Of a stretch of 64,000 bases of DNA, positions 8,932-17,393 are shown piece after piece. This stretch comes from Bacteriovoracia bacterium (lineage in GTDB: Bacteria; Bdellovibrionota; UBA1018; JBFWNL01): positions 160,001 to 224,000 of the forward strand of contig JBFWNL010000003.1 of assembly GCA_050251055.1 (NCBI GenBank), given 5' to 3'. The notes beneath the pieces were generated by a model, which saw nothing but the letters and a program-made list of their open reading frames with translations, had not been told where the DNA came from and did no database searches. Numbering within the stretch: position 1 is the stretch's first letter; each line of letters starts with the position of its first letter. The position numbers and the translations under genes are program-made.

Positions 8932-9939
8932 TCACATCCGCCCCATACTTTCCGAAAATGCGAGCCAAAGCGAAAGCGCAAGAAGGCCCAGAACGCCGGG
9001 GGCGACGCAGACAAAGAGCGGCTTGAGCACCCGGGTCGCCAGCACACTCAACTCCTGATCCACGCACGCGCGAAGTTCCTGGGTCAAGGAGGTGAGAGCG
9101 GCCTCAACGCGCTCCAAGCAGGGTTTCCCTTGCATCAGGCTGGATTGGATCGCCTTTCGGAAGGAGTCGCCCGCGCCGAGCAAAGCCTGGGTTGACCTGC
9201 CCGGCGCCCGGACAAAGGCCGGTGTGGGTACCCAAATCTGTGCGCCCCACGTATGCGCCAGCTCGGGCGCGTGTCGAGCCAAGAAATCCAGCGCGCCATT
9301 CCAAGCCAAGTCCGGAGGGGTCCCCCCCCGCACCAGCGCCAGAAACCGCTCACCCGCGCACTGCGCACCGAAAGGCCAACCGCGCGCCTTCAACGGCAGC
9401 CCACCCCAACGCGCCTGATCGGCGAGCCTTCGAATCCAATACGCACCTCCGACGCCACCTCCGAGCGCGGCCGCCGTACCCGTGAACCAAACCATCGCGT
9501 GGGCCCTAACCTCGGGAATAAGCACCCATAATCCTGCGCTGGCCAGAGGTACGAGAGCGAGGCATGTGAAAGCTTGAAATCCCGCTTGCGCCGAACGCGC
9601 CCGCGATTCCTGCAGATTTTCCAGGGAATTTTCAACCAACGCACGTAACCGCTTCACGGTCGGTAAGAGACTGGCTCCTCGGCTTCTTAACTCCTGCAGA
9701 CTTTCGCCCACCACCGTGCCCCAAGGCGGGGCAAGCTCCCGTGATCGACGCCAAAGCTCGTCGTCCGGAATCAGGCCCGCTTCAATCGTGTCCTGCAGCT
9801 CCCAAAGCACCGCCTGCACGGTGCGCAAACTGAGCTCGCCCATCCCTTCTCCCCGCGGGGAAAAGAGAGGCACGATCGCTAGCGCTCCCAAATGAACCGC
9901 ACGCGCGGCGAAAAAACACGTTCCAATCCAAAGCACCAT
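8932..9939 (-). CDS. TadB/TadC-like (T2SS F family) inner-membrane pilus platform protein
   Basis: Helical segments TIEAG, GASLLPTVKRLR, ARSAQA followed by TM pairs. The second half (LVRGG...KPLFVCVAPG) resembles TadC. Confidence 0.6.
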   Translation of the reverse strand: MVLWIGTCFFAARAVHLGALAIVPLFSPRGEGMGELSLRTVQAVLWELQDTIEAGLIPDDELWRRSRELAPPWGTVVGESLQELRSRGASLLPTVKRLRALVENSLENLQESRARSAQAGFQAFTCLALVPLASAGLWVLIPEVRAHAMVWFTGTAAALGGGVGGAYWIRRLADQARWGGLPLKARGWPFGAQCAGERFLALVRGGTPPDLAWNGALDFLARHAPELAHTWGAQIWVPTPAFVRAPGRSTQALLGAGDSFRKAIQSSLMQGKPCLERVEAALTSLTQELRACVDQELSVLATRVLKPLFVCVAPGVLGLLALSLWLAFSESMGRM

Positions 9940-9947
9940 GCCTGCCG

Positions 9948-10220
9948 CTAGGCAAAGCGCGTGCCCGGGGGCGGGGGTGGGATCTCGTGGTAAAGATGCG
10001 CGATCGTAGCCAAAACTTGATCCACCTCCACCGAGAAATCCGGCGGGACATTCAAGACCAGATCACGATAGTGCGCACCGACCGGCGCCTCGAGCGTCGA
10101 ATAACTGGCGATCCCCTCGTAAGATTCAAAGAGGCAATACACGAAAGCCGAATCTTCCTTACGGACGCGGATGAAACGCTTGCCAAACTTCGGAATCGAG
10201 TGCGGATGAAGCACGGACAT
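9948..10220 (-). CDS. DUF4911-like small protein
   Basis: IRVRKEDSAFVYCLFESYEGIASYSTL pattern, 90 aa. Confidence 0.65.
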   Translation of the reverse strand: MSVLHPHSIPKFGKRFIRVRKEDSAFVYCLFESYEGIASYSTLEAPVGAHYRDLVLNVPPDFSVEVDQVLATIAHLYHEIPPPPPGTRFA

Positions 10221-10318
10221 AGGCAGTAACTACCACATTTCGCCCGATTTAGTGCCAATGCCTTGACGCATGAAGGATGAGTGGTTGCCGCCCTCTCGAA
10301 TAGTGTTACCCTGATGAT

Positions 10319-11296
10319 ATGAGGCACCTTTTCACGTTTGCACCGTCCTTGTTCATTAGCGTCGCCACCCTAGCCACCCTGAGTCTAGGGGCGAATGGTT
10401 GCGCATCCACTCCAAAGTCGACTGAACCTACCGTCGAAGCCGAGAACCATGCACCGCCCCCTCCGACCGAGAGCGAGCTCCTTCGCGAGCAAGTGGCGCA
10501 TCTCACTTCGACCGTAGCGACCCTCGAGAAAAAACTCGGAGAAGCGGAACAGAAGATGGGCATGATGAACGACAAGATCAACGCCGCGAACGCGACCCAG
10601 GCGATCGCGCTCAAGAAGCAGACCGGGAAGATAAAAACCTCACCGATCTCCGTCCACCCGGCCGATGCCCAAGGCGAAGCCGTGGAAGCCGACACGCTGG
10701 CCGACGACCCCGAAGCCGAATACGCGCGGGACGCCTCAATCCAGAAATTTCGCGACGCCATGGTGCTCTTCGACGGCGGCAAATACGCTGAATCCGTCCT
10801 CCAGTTTTCCAATTTCCTGCAGAACCAGCCCGATCACGTGCTCGCGGGAGCCGCGCAGTACCACGTAGGTGAAGCGTACTTCAAGCAGAGGGAATTCCGC
10901 TTGGCTCTCGACGAATACCAACGCGTGATCGTTTCCTACGACCGTAGCAGCTACACGCCAGAAGCCTTGCGCCGGATGGCCGAATGCGAGGATCAGCTGA
11001 ACCGCCCGAAAGTGGCCGCTCGCCATCGCCAGCAGCTACTGGCGCTCTTTCCCCAAAGTCCGGCCGCTGCCGGCATCCGCGTGGATACGCCATCGGCGCC
11101 CGCGATGGCTGCTCGCCCAACCCAAGGCGTGGCCACCCCTGCCTCCGAGGAAGTCCCCGCGGTGGAAGCGGCTCCCGTGCATCTGCCAGGCAGCACGCCG
11201 GAAACCGCCCCGGCGCCGGGTTCACCCACGAGCCAAAATTTGCAGTTACCCAGTCAAAGCGCGGCGGCCCACGCCGTATTGGATGAAGGCGAATGA
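10319..11296 (+). CDS. cpoB: Tol-Pal-associated TPR lipoprotein CpoB/YbgF-like
   Basis: Lipobox ANGC, coiled coil, TPR repeats (AQYHVGEAYF, FPQSPAA), Pro/Ala-rich tail. Confidence 0.7.
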   Translation: MRHLFTFAPSLFISVATLATLSLGANGCASTPKSTEPTVEAENHAPPPPTESELLREQVAHLTSTVATLEKKLGEAEQKMGMMNDKINAANATQAIALKKQTGKIKTSPISVHPADAQGEAVEADTLADDPEAEYARDASIQKFRDAMVLFDGGKYAESVLQFSNFLQNQPDHVLAGAAQYHVGEAYFKQREFRLALDEYQRVIVSYDRSSYTPEALRRMAECEDQLNRPKVAARHRQQLLALFPQSPAAAGIRVDTPSAPAMAARPTQGVATPASEEVPAVEAAPVHLPGSTPETAPAPGSPTSQNLQLPSQSAAAHAVLDEGE

Positions 11297-12864
11297 AAAC
11301 AAAGCCACGGAAGGTTCTGTTAGCCATCTCGACGTTAAATCTGCTCGCCGCCAGCGGCGCCTACGCCGCCAAGGCCCCGGCCATATCTCCCGAAGAGGAA
11401 GCGGCCCAGCTGGCGAAGAAGCTGCAACCCATCTCGGATGCGCGTTGGTCGGAAATCACGGGCACCAAATCGCGAGAAAACTATCTCATTACCAAGGGTG
11501 ACACGCTTTACGACGTGTCCACGCGGCTCTTCGGCGACGGTAAGTATTGGCCGAAGATCTGGTCGATCAACAACGGAGCCATCACGAACCCCCACCTGAT
11601 TTATCCCGGCAACCAGGTCGCCTTCATGCCGGGTACGGGCACTTCCCTGCCAACGGTGGCGATCACCGCCTTGACCCAGACCTACGTCGACGCCGATATC
11701 GTGATTCCTAAACCCCCAAACGGCAAGGTAAACGGAGAGTGGACCGAGCTGCCCCGGCAGCGCTGGGAAACCGTCTCCGTCCAGCTACCCACGGGCATCG
11801 ATCCGCAGGGATTTGACTCTCGCAGTAAGATTCGCTTCCACGAAAGCACGGGCATCACTTTGCCCTCGTTCGCGCAATCGGCGGAACTTACTTCCTTGGG
11901 CGACATCAATTTTTCTAAGGAACCCTCCGCGGGTCTCAGCATCGGCGACGGCGTGTATATCGAAGCCAAAGGCGACCTTCAGCTAGGCGAGAGCTATACC
12001 GTTACCCAAGAACCGGAGTCACTGGATCCGTATGGGCAGGATCGTTCGGGCTACCTCTATCAGAATCTCGGCACGGTCAAAGTCGTCGGCGTGCGCTCGA
12101 ACCTTTTTCTGGGCGTCATCACCGCCGCTTCGCAGCCCATCACGCGCGGTACTTTCATCATTCCATTCATCCGTCCCCACGACGTTCCCGCGCCGATTCC
12201 CGGATCCGAGCCACTGGAAGCCGAGATCCTCATCGATCGGCGATCGGCCTCCTACGCGATCGCGGAAAACAAGCACGTGTTTATTGATCGTGGCAGTGAT
12301 GACGGCGTGCAGCCTGGCATGGTGTTCCGCGCGTACCAGAATAAGGACCCCGGAACGAAGCAAGAGTTCCCCGATGCCAACTTCGTACGCGAGGCCGACT
12401 TCCTCGTGATCGCCACGACGCCTCAGTTCTCGACCGCACTCACGATCTACTCCAGCTACACGATCGACGACGGACACCCCGTCATTCTGCTCACGGACGT
12501 CTCCGATGTCTACGGCCAGCGCAACACGCTGGGTGGCGGCGACGATCTTGACCAACTGGATCCGGGCGGCACGCTGAGCGACGAAGAGCGCAAGGAACTT
12601 CAACAACTCGAAGATTGGAAGGGAAATCCGGAAGAAGAAGCACTGCCGGAAGAAGACCTCGACGCCCCGCCGGTCGACGAAGAAGCGCCGACGGAAGCCC
12701 CTGCGGAGTCCGCGCTGGAGGAAGAGCTTCCACCGCTCGACGACGCTCCGCCACCGGCCGAGGAAGTCCCCTTGACGTCGGAACCGCCGGCCGAAGAAGT
12801 GCCGACGGACGAGTTCCCCGCGGACGAACCGCCGCCGGTCGAAGACTTCCCGATCACCCAATAA
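11293..12864 (+). CDS. LysM peptidoglycan-binding protein, TsaP-like
   Basis: LysM domain YLITKGDTLYDVS...WPKIWSIN...NPHLIYPG, VFIDRGSDDGVQPG motif, acidic Pro-rich tail, located upstream of dprA. Confidence 0.75.
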   Translation: MKTKPRKVLLAISTLNLLAASGAYAAKAPAISPEEEAAQLAKKLQPISDARWSEITGTKSRENYLITKGDTLYDVSTRLFGDGKYWPKIWSINNGAITNPHLIYPGNQVAFMPGTGTSLPTVAITALTQTYVDADIVIPKPPNGKVNGEWTELPRQRWETVSVQLPTGIDPQGFDSRSKIRFHESTGITLPSFAQSAELTSLGDINFSKEPSAGLSIGDGVYIEAKGDLQLGESYTVTQEPESLDPYGQDRSGYLYQNLGTVKVVGVRSNLFLGVITAASQPITRGTFIIPFIRPHDVPAPIPGSEPLEAEILIDRRSASYAIAENKHVFIDRGSDDGVQPGMVFRAYQNKDPGTKQEFPDANFVREADFLVIATTPQFSTALTIYSSYTIDDGHPVILLTDVSDVYGQRNTLGGGDDLDQLDPGGTLSDEERKELQQLEDWKGNPEEEALPEEDLDAPPVDEEAPTEAPAESALEEELPPLDDAPPPAEEVPLTSEPPAEEVPTDEFPADEPPPVEDFPITQ

Positions 12865-12977
12865 CGGCCGCGCCCGCGCGGCGGTAAAACCGGTTTTCAT
12901 ACTAACCGTCCCAAGCAGGGGGACCTCCGCTGTCTATTGTCTTTTCGATCGGCACCCCGTTCGCAAGGGCTGGAGGC

Positions 12978-13886
12978 ATGGAGCTCACTCCCTCCAACCT
13001 TCCCGGTCATGCCCTCTGGCAGGCTCAACGTCCCCCGACGCGACTATTCGTACGGGGAAAGTGGGGACCTAAACACGCCCACGAGCTGCTCCGGCGACTA
13101 CCGGAGGACGGACTGGCGTGCGTCGGCACGCGCCGAGCGCTGCCGTCACTGTTGCACCAGACCCGCAACTGGATACTCGCGCTACGGGACTCGCGGATCG
13201 TCGTTATCTCCGGGTTGGCCAAAGGAGTGGACACGGTGGCGCATACAGCGGCTCTGGAGGCGGGCTTACCCACCATCGCCGTCGTGGGCGCCGGGCTGGA
13301 CGTCAGTTATCCTCCCGAAAATCACGCGCTCGGCGAGCGAATCGTCGCGGCCGGCGGGCTGATCCTGAGCGAGTTCCCCCTCGGTACGAAGCCATTGGCC
13401 GCTCATTTCATTCACCGCAATCGTCTGATCGCGCGCCTCGCGAAGGCCGTGTGGGTCGTGCAGGCCGCTCATCGTTCGGGAGCGCTCAATACCGCACGCT
13501 GGGCCCGCGACATGGATATCGACTGTTACGCCGTACCTTGCCGCCCCGGTGATCCTGCCCTGGCGGGAAACCAACGGCTCATCGACGACAATCACGCGCG
13601 CCCGTTTTGGGGACCGCATTCGTTGGGCGCCACCTGGTTCGAGCTATCGTCCACCTTCGAGGCGAAAGATTCGAGTGCGGGAACCCGCGCGCCCGCGATT
13701 CAACTTCTCCAAAAAGTATATTCGGCGTCCCGATCCCGGGGAGGCATCAGCGTGCAGGACCTTCATGACTGGGCCATGCAGACGGGGTGGCCATCGGAAA
13801 AATTCTTTTCTGCGCTCGAGGTTGCGACGGAAACCGGAAGCATACTGGATAAAAACGGTATACTGACTTCGGTGAAGTTGAACTAA
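12978..13886 (+). CDS. dprA: DNA-processing protein DprA
   Basis: VGTR, ISGLAKGVD, SEFP, FIHRNRLIA, SGALNTA motifs. Confidence 0.92.
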   Translation: MELTPSNLPGHALWQAQRPPTRLFVRGKWGPKHAHELLRRLPEDGLACVGTRRALPSLLHQTRNWILALRDSRIVVISGLAKGVDTVAHTAALEAGLPTIAVVGAGLDVSYPPENHALGERIVAAGGLILSEFPLGTKPLAAHFIHRNRLIARLAKAVWVVQAAHRSGALNTARWARDMDIDCYAVPCRPGDPALAGNQRLIDDNHARPFWGPHSLGATWFELSSTFEAKDSSAGTRAPAIQLLQKVYSASRSRGGISVQDLHDWAMQTGWPSEKFFSALEVATETGSILDKNGILTSVKLN

Positions 13887-13935
13887 AGAGTTGATTTTTA
13901 CCCCCCTCTTGGCGTTATCATCACTATCATTATAT

Positions 13936-16437
13936 ATGGCGAAAAAAGCTAAAGCCGCGACCGCGTCACCGAAAACCACACCGAAGGCTGCGCCAGCGAA
14001 GGCAAAAAAAGCCCCTAAACCCGCGAAGGCCGCGAAAAACTCTAAGTCCGAGGCCGCTCCCGAAAGCACGGAAGAGCGCGTCATGGTGATGAAGCCCCAG
14101 AAGCCGAAGAAGGCCCTGGTCATCGTCGAGTCGCCCTCCAAAGCCAAAACCATCCAGAAGTATCTCGGCCGCGAGTACATCGTGAAAGCCAGCATCGGCC
14201 ACATCAAGGATCTGCCGAAGAACAAGCTAGGCGTGGACCCCGCCAAGGGATTCGACATTGATTACCAACTCATTCCGGGAAAAAAGAAGGTGCTTGAAGA
14301 GCTACACAAAGCCGTGGAACGCGTGCCGGAATTGTACCTGGCAACTGACCCGGACCGCGAAGGCGAAGCCATCGCGTACCACATTAACGAAGAGCTCGGG
14401 GCGAAGAAGAAAGTTCACCGTATCCTGCTGAATGCGATCACCAAACCCGCCATCTTGGAGGCGATCCAAAATCCGCAGAAGCTGAACATGGACCTCTTCC
14501 AGGCCCAGCAGGCCCGCCGCGTACTCGATCGTCTGGTGGGTTACAAGATCAGCCCCTTACTGTGGGACAAGGTGCGTCGCGGGATTTCCGCCGGACGCGT
14601 GCAGTCGGTCGCGCTCAAGATGGTGGTCGAGCGTGAACGCGAAGTCAAAGCGTTTAAGCCCGACGAGTTCTGGGAGATGGAAGGCACGTTCTCTAAAGAC
14701 GGCCAGGATTTCCGTACCCGCCTTTTCAAGACGAACGGCAAGGACCCAGATCTGACGAATAAGTCACAGGTCGATACGGTACTCGCCGCCATGAAGGGCG
14801 CGAGCTGGACCGTGAAGTCCATCGAACAAAAAGAGCGCTCCCGCCGCGCCCAACCGCCGTTCATCACCAGCCGCCTACAACAGGAAGGCGCCCGCAAGCT
14901 CGGCTTCAGCGCGAAGAAAACGATGATGCTTGCCCAACGCCTCTACGAAGGGGTGGACTTGGGCGATCTCGGCACGACCGGCTTGATCACCTATATGCGT
15001 ACCGACTCCGTGCGTATCGAGCCGGGCGCGCTGGCTTCCGTGCGTGAATATATCGGTAAACAGTACGGGGCCCAGTACCTCCCAGCCGAACCGAACGCAT
15101 ATAAGACGAAAAAAGGCGCGCAGGACGCGCACGAAGCGATCCGTCCCACGTCGCTTGATTTCCCGCCCGAGCGCGTGAAGGGCTTCCTGGAAAAAGACGA
15201 GTTCCGCCTCTACCAACTGATTTGGAACCGATTTGTCTCCTCCCAAATGTCCCAGGCCGTTTACGATCAAACGGCCGTCGATGTCATCACGAAGGACAAA
15301 TCGGGAAACGAGCAAACGTTTCGCGCGACTGGATCCGTCATCAAATTCCCGGGTTTCACCGCCGTCTACGAAGAGCAGGAAAGCGACGCCGCCGCTTCGG
15401 CCGCGGAAAACGAAGACAAGGTCTTGAAGCTGCCAAAAATCGCCCCCGGAGACGCGGTCACGAACAAGGGTTTCGAGCCCTCCCAGCATTTTACGCAACC
15501 GCCTCCCCGCTATTCGGATGCCTCCCTCATTCGCGACCTCGAAGAAAAAGGGATCGGCCGGCCGTCGACTTACGCGTCCATTTTGTCCAATTTGCAGGAT
15601 CGCGAATACGTCGAAAAACGTGACAATAAGTACTATCCCAGCGAATTGGGCGTGGTCGTCACCGACCTTCTGATCGAGAGCTTCCCGGACATCCTGAACG
15701 TCGAGTTCACCGCGGGCATGGAAAACCAGCTCGACGAGATCGAAGAAGGTAAATCCGACTGGCGCAAGACGCTCGGCAACTTCTGGAAGCCGTTCGAAAA
15801 GACACTTGAACAAGCCAAGAAGCACATGAAGAACGTCAAGGCGCAGGAAGTGCCGACGAACATCAAGTGCGACAAATGCAGCAACACCATGGTGATCAAG
15901 TGGGGCAAGTTAGGATCATTTCTCGCCTGCTCGAACTACCCCAACTGCAAGAACACCCAAGATTACAAGAAAGACGACCAAGGCAACATCGTCGTCATCC
16001 CGAAGGAATACACCGACAAAAAGTGCTCCAAGTGCAGTAATCCGATGGTCGTGAAGTCCGGAAAATTCGGCAAGTTCCTAGCCTGTTCCGATTATCCGAA
16101 CTGCAAGACGACCGAAGCTATCACCCTGGGCATCCACTGTCCCGTTTGCAAGGAAGGCGAGATTGCCCAGCGCCAGTCCCGCTTCCGCCGTATTTTCTAC
16201 AGCTGTAACCAGTGGCCGAAGTGCAACTTCGCTTGTTGGGATAAGCCCTTCGTGAAGGAATGTCCCCAGTGCAAGTTCTCGGTCATGATGGAGAAGGTCA
16301 CGAAGCGCGCGGGATTGATGCATAAATGCCCGAATCGCGAGTGCAATCACGTGGAAATCATCGACCCCAACTACCGGCCAGGCGGCGCGGAAGAAGGCAG
16401 CGAGCAAGAAAGCACCGAGTCGGCCACCGTTCAGTAG
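13936..16437 (+). CDS. topA: DNA topoisomerase I with N-terminal Lys/Ala-rich extension and C-terminal zinc ribbons
   Basis: TOPRIM IVESPSKAKTI, ATDPDREGEAI, SAGRVQS, catalytic ITYMRTDS, four Cys-ribbon repeats. Start set at ATG 13936. Confidence 0.97.
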   Translation: MAKKAKAATASPKTTPKAAPAKAKKAPKPAKAAKNSKSEAAPESTEERVMVMKPQKPKKALVIVESPSKAKTIQKYLGREYIVKASIGHIKDLPKNKLGVDPAKGFDIDYQLIPGKKKVLEELHKAVERVPELYLATDPDREGEAIAYHINEELGAKKKVHRILLNAITKPAILEAIQNPQKLNMDLFQAQQARRVLDRLVGYKISPLLWDKVRRGISAGRVQSVALKMVVEREREVKAFKPDEFWEMEGTFSKDGQDFRTRLFKTNGKDPDLTNKSQVDTVLAAMKGASWTVKSIEQKERSRRAQPPFITSRLQQEGARKLGFSAKKTMMLAQRLYEGVDLGDLGTTGLITYMRTDSVRIEPGALASVREYIGKQYGAQYLPAEPNAYKTKKGAQDAHEAIRPTSLDFPPERVKGFLEKDEFRLYQLIWNRFVSSQMSQAVYDQTAVDVITKDKSGNEQTFRATGSVIKFPGFTAVYEEQESDAAASAAENEDKVLKLPKIAPGDAVTNKGFEPSQHFTQPPPRYSDASLIRDLEEKGIGRPSTYASILSNLQDREYVEKRDNKYYPSELGVVVTDLLIESFPDILNVEFTAGMENQLDEIEEGKSDWRKTLGNFWKPFEKTLEQAKKHMKNVKAQEVPTNIKCDKCSNTMVIKWGKLGSFLACSNYPNCKNTQDYKKDDQGNIVVIPKEYTDKKCSKCSNPMVVKSGKFGKFLACSDYPNCKTTEAITLGIHCPVCKEGEIAQRQSRFRRIFYSCNQWPKCNFACWDKPFVKECPQCKFSVMMEKVTKRAGLMHKCPNRECNHVEIIDPNYRPGGAEEGSEQESTESATVQ

Positions 16438-16481
16438 CGCCGCTTTGCTCGAATCGTTTCGTCAAGTCACTCATTCACCGA

Positions 16482-16542
16482 CACCTGGCAGGTAAGCAAA
16501 CTCGTGGAGTCAAAGGGGTGGAGTATGCTTACCCGCCAGGTG
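16482..16542. repeat. 22-bp imperfect inverted repeat (hairpin) between convergent genes
   Basis: CACCTGGCAGGTAAGCAAACTC pairs with GAGTATGCTTACCCGCCAGGTG, with 2 mismatches. Confidence 0.75.
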
Positions 16543-16571
16543 GGTCTATCCAAAACGGCTAAACTACTTAT

Positions 16572-17225
16572 CTAACGGCAGGCCGTGAGCTCATGGTAGG
16601 AGTGCTGGACGGCGTTTACGTACAGACTTCCGCTCGCGGCCAAGCTGCCATCGGCGGCGGTCAGCTCAATCCGATAGTCGCTTTCGTTGCCGAAATAGTG
16701 ATGCTCGACTTCTTGATATCCACGATGAGTAACCGTTTCCGTGCGGCAGACACGCTCGCGGCCATGCCCCCGGCAAATCGTGTGGCTGGTCGTATAAGTA
16801 CAGCTCTCGGTAGCTTGGCTACGATAATCCACGTTTTCCCGCGCCAAAACCGAAATCGCCACGCCCAGATTCTGACCCGATTCGGCGGCCGAAACCTGCA
16901 GTCCGCCCAAATCATGGGGGACATCGCGGCCCATGCGGTTCTTCACGACTAAAATCGACTGTTGCTTCAGATCAAATGGAACTTTCTTGCCCTGGAGCTT
17001 GAGCACCATGGCTGACTGCACTTCCTTATCCTTGCGCTTGGATGCGAACTGCGCTTCCACGCTCGCGGGGCCAACCGGTACCGTGATGGATTTTTTCTTT
17101 GAGACCGCCAAGGTCATTGGTTGCTTTACTTCGAATTGCTTGAGGTCGTCGAAATCGGATTTGTTACACGCGGCGAAAGCAAGCAACGCCATCGCGGACA
17201 CGCTGATCTGATAAATGTTTTTCAT
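16572..17225 (-). CDS. Hypothetical lipoprotein, paralog of 30349..31005
   Basis: Lipobox FAAC, collinear similarity to 30349..31005. Confidence 0.8.
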   Translation of the reverse strand: MKNIYQISVSAMALLAFAACNKSDFDDLKQFEVKQPMTLAVSKKKSITVPVGPASVEAQFASKRKDKEVQSAMVLKLQGKKVPFDLKQQSILVVKNRMGRDVPHDLGGLQVSAAESGQNLGVAISVLARENVDYRSQATESCTYTTSHTICRGHGRERVCRTETVTHRGYQEVEHHYFGNESDYRIELTAADGSLAASGSLYVNAVQHSYHELTACR

Positions 17226-17255
17226 AGGTTCCCTCTCTCGTTGTGATCCCGTATC

Positions 17256-17271
17256 AGCAAGGGGTGTGCCA
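17256..17271 (-). promoter_or_regulatory. Sigma54 -24/-12 promoter
   Basis: Minus strand TGGCAC-ACCCC-TTGCT, an exact consensus match 31 bp upstream of the lipoprotein ATG. Confidence 0.7.
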
Positions 17272-17393
17272 CGCGGGAGGGTGCACTCCCTGCATTTAAA
17301 TGCGTGTACGAGGGAAAAAACTCATCTGACTCGGCGCACACATCGCGTCTTCACCGCACCGGTGCGAAATGGGAGGGCACAAAGAACCCTCGA

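Noticed and set aside
12620-12860. Repetitive GAAGAA/CCG-rich DNA, also the poly-Gly tracts near 27800 and 40330
   Set aside because: Low-complexity protein linkers, not a CRISPR array or DNA repeat element.
12950-12965. Sigma54-like CGGCAC-N5-TCGCA before dprA
   Set aside because: Two mismatches, and the implied start site would fall at the end of the GGAGG RBS.
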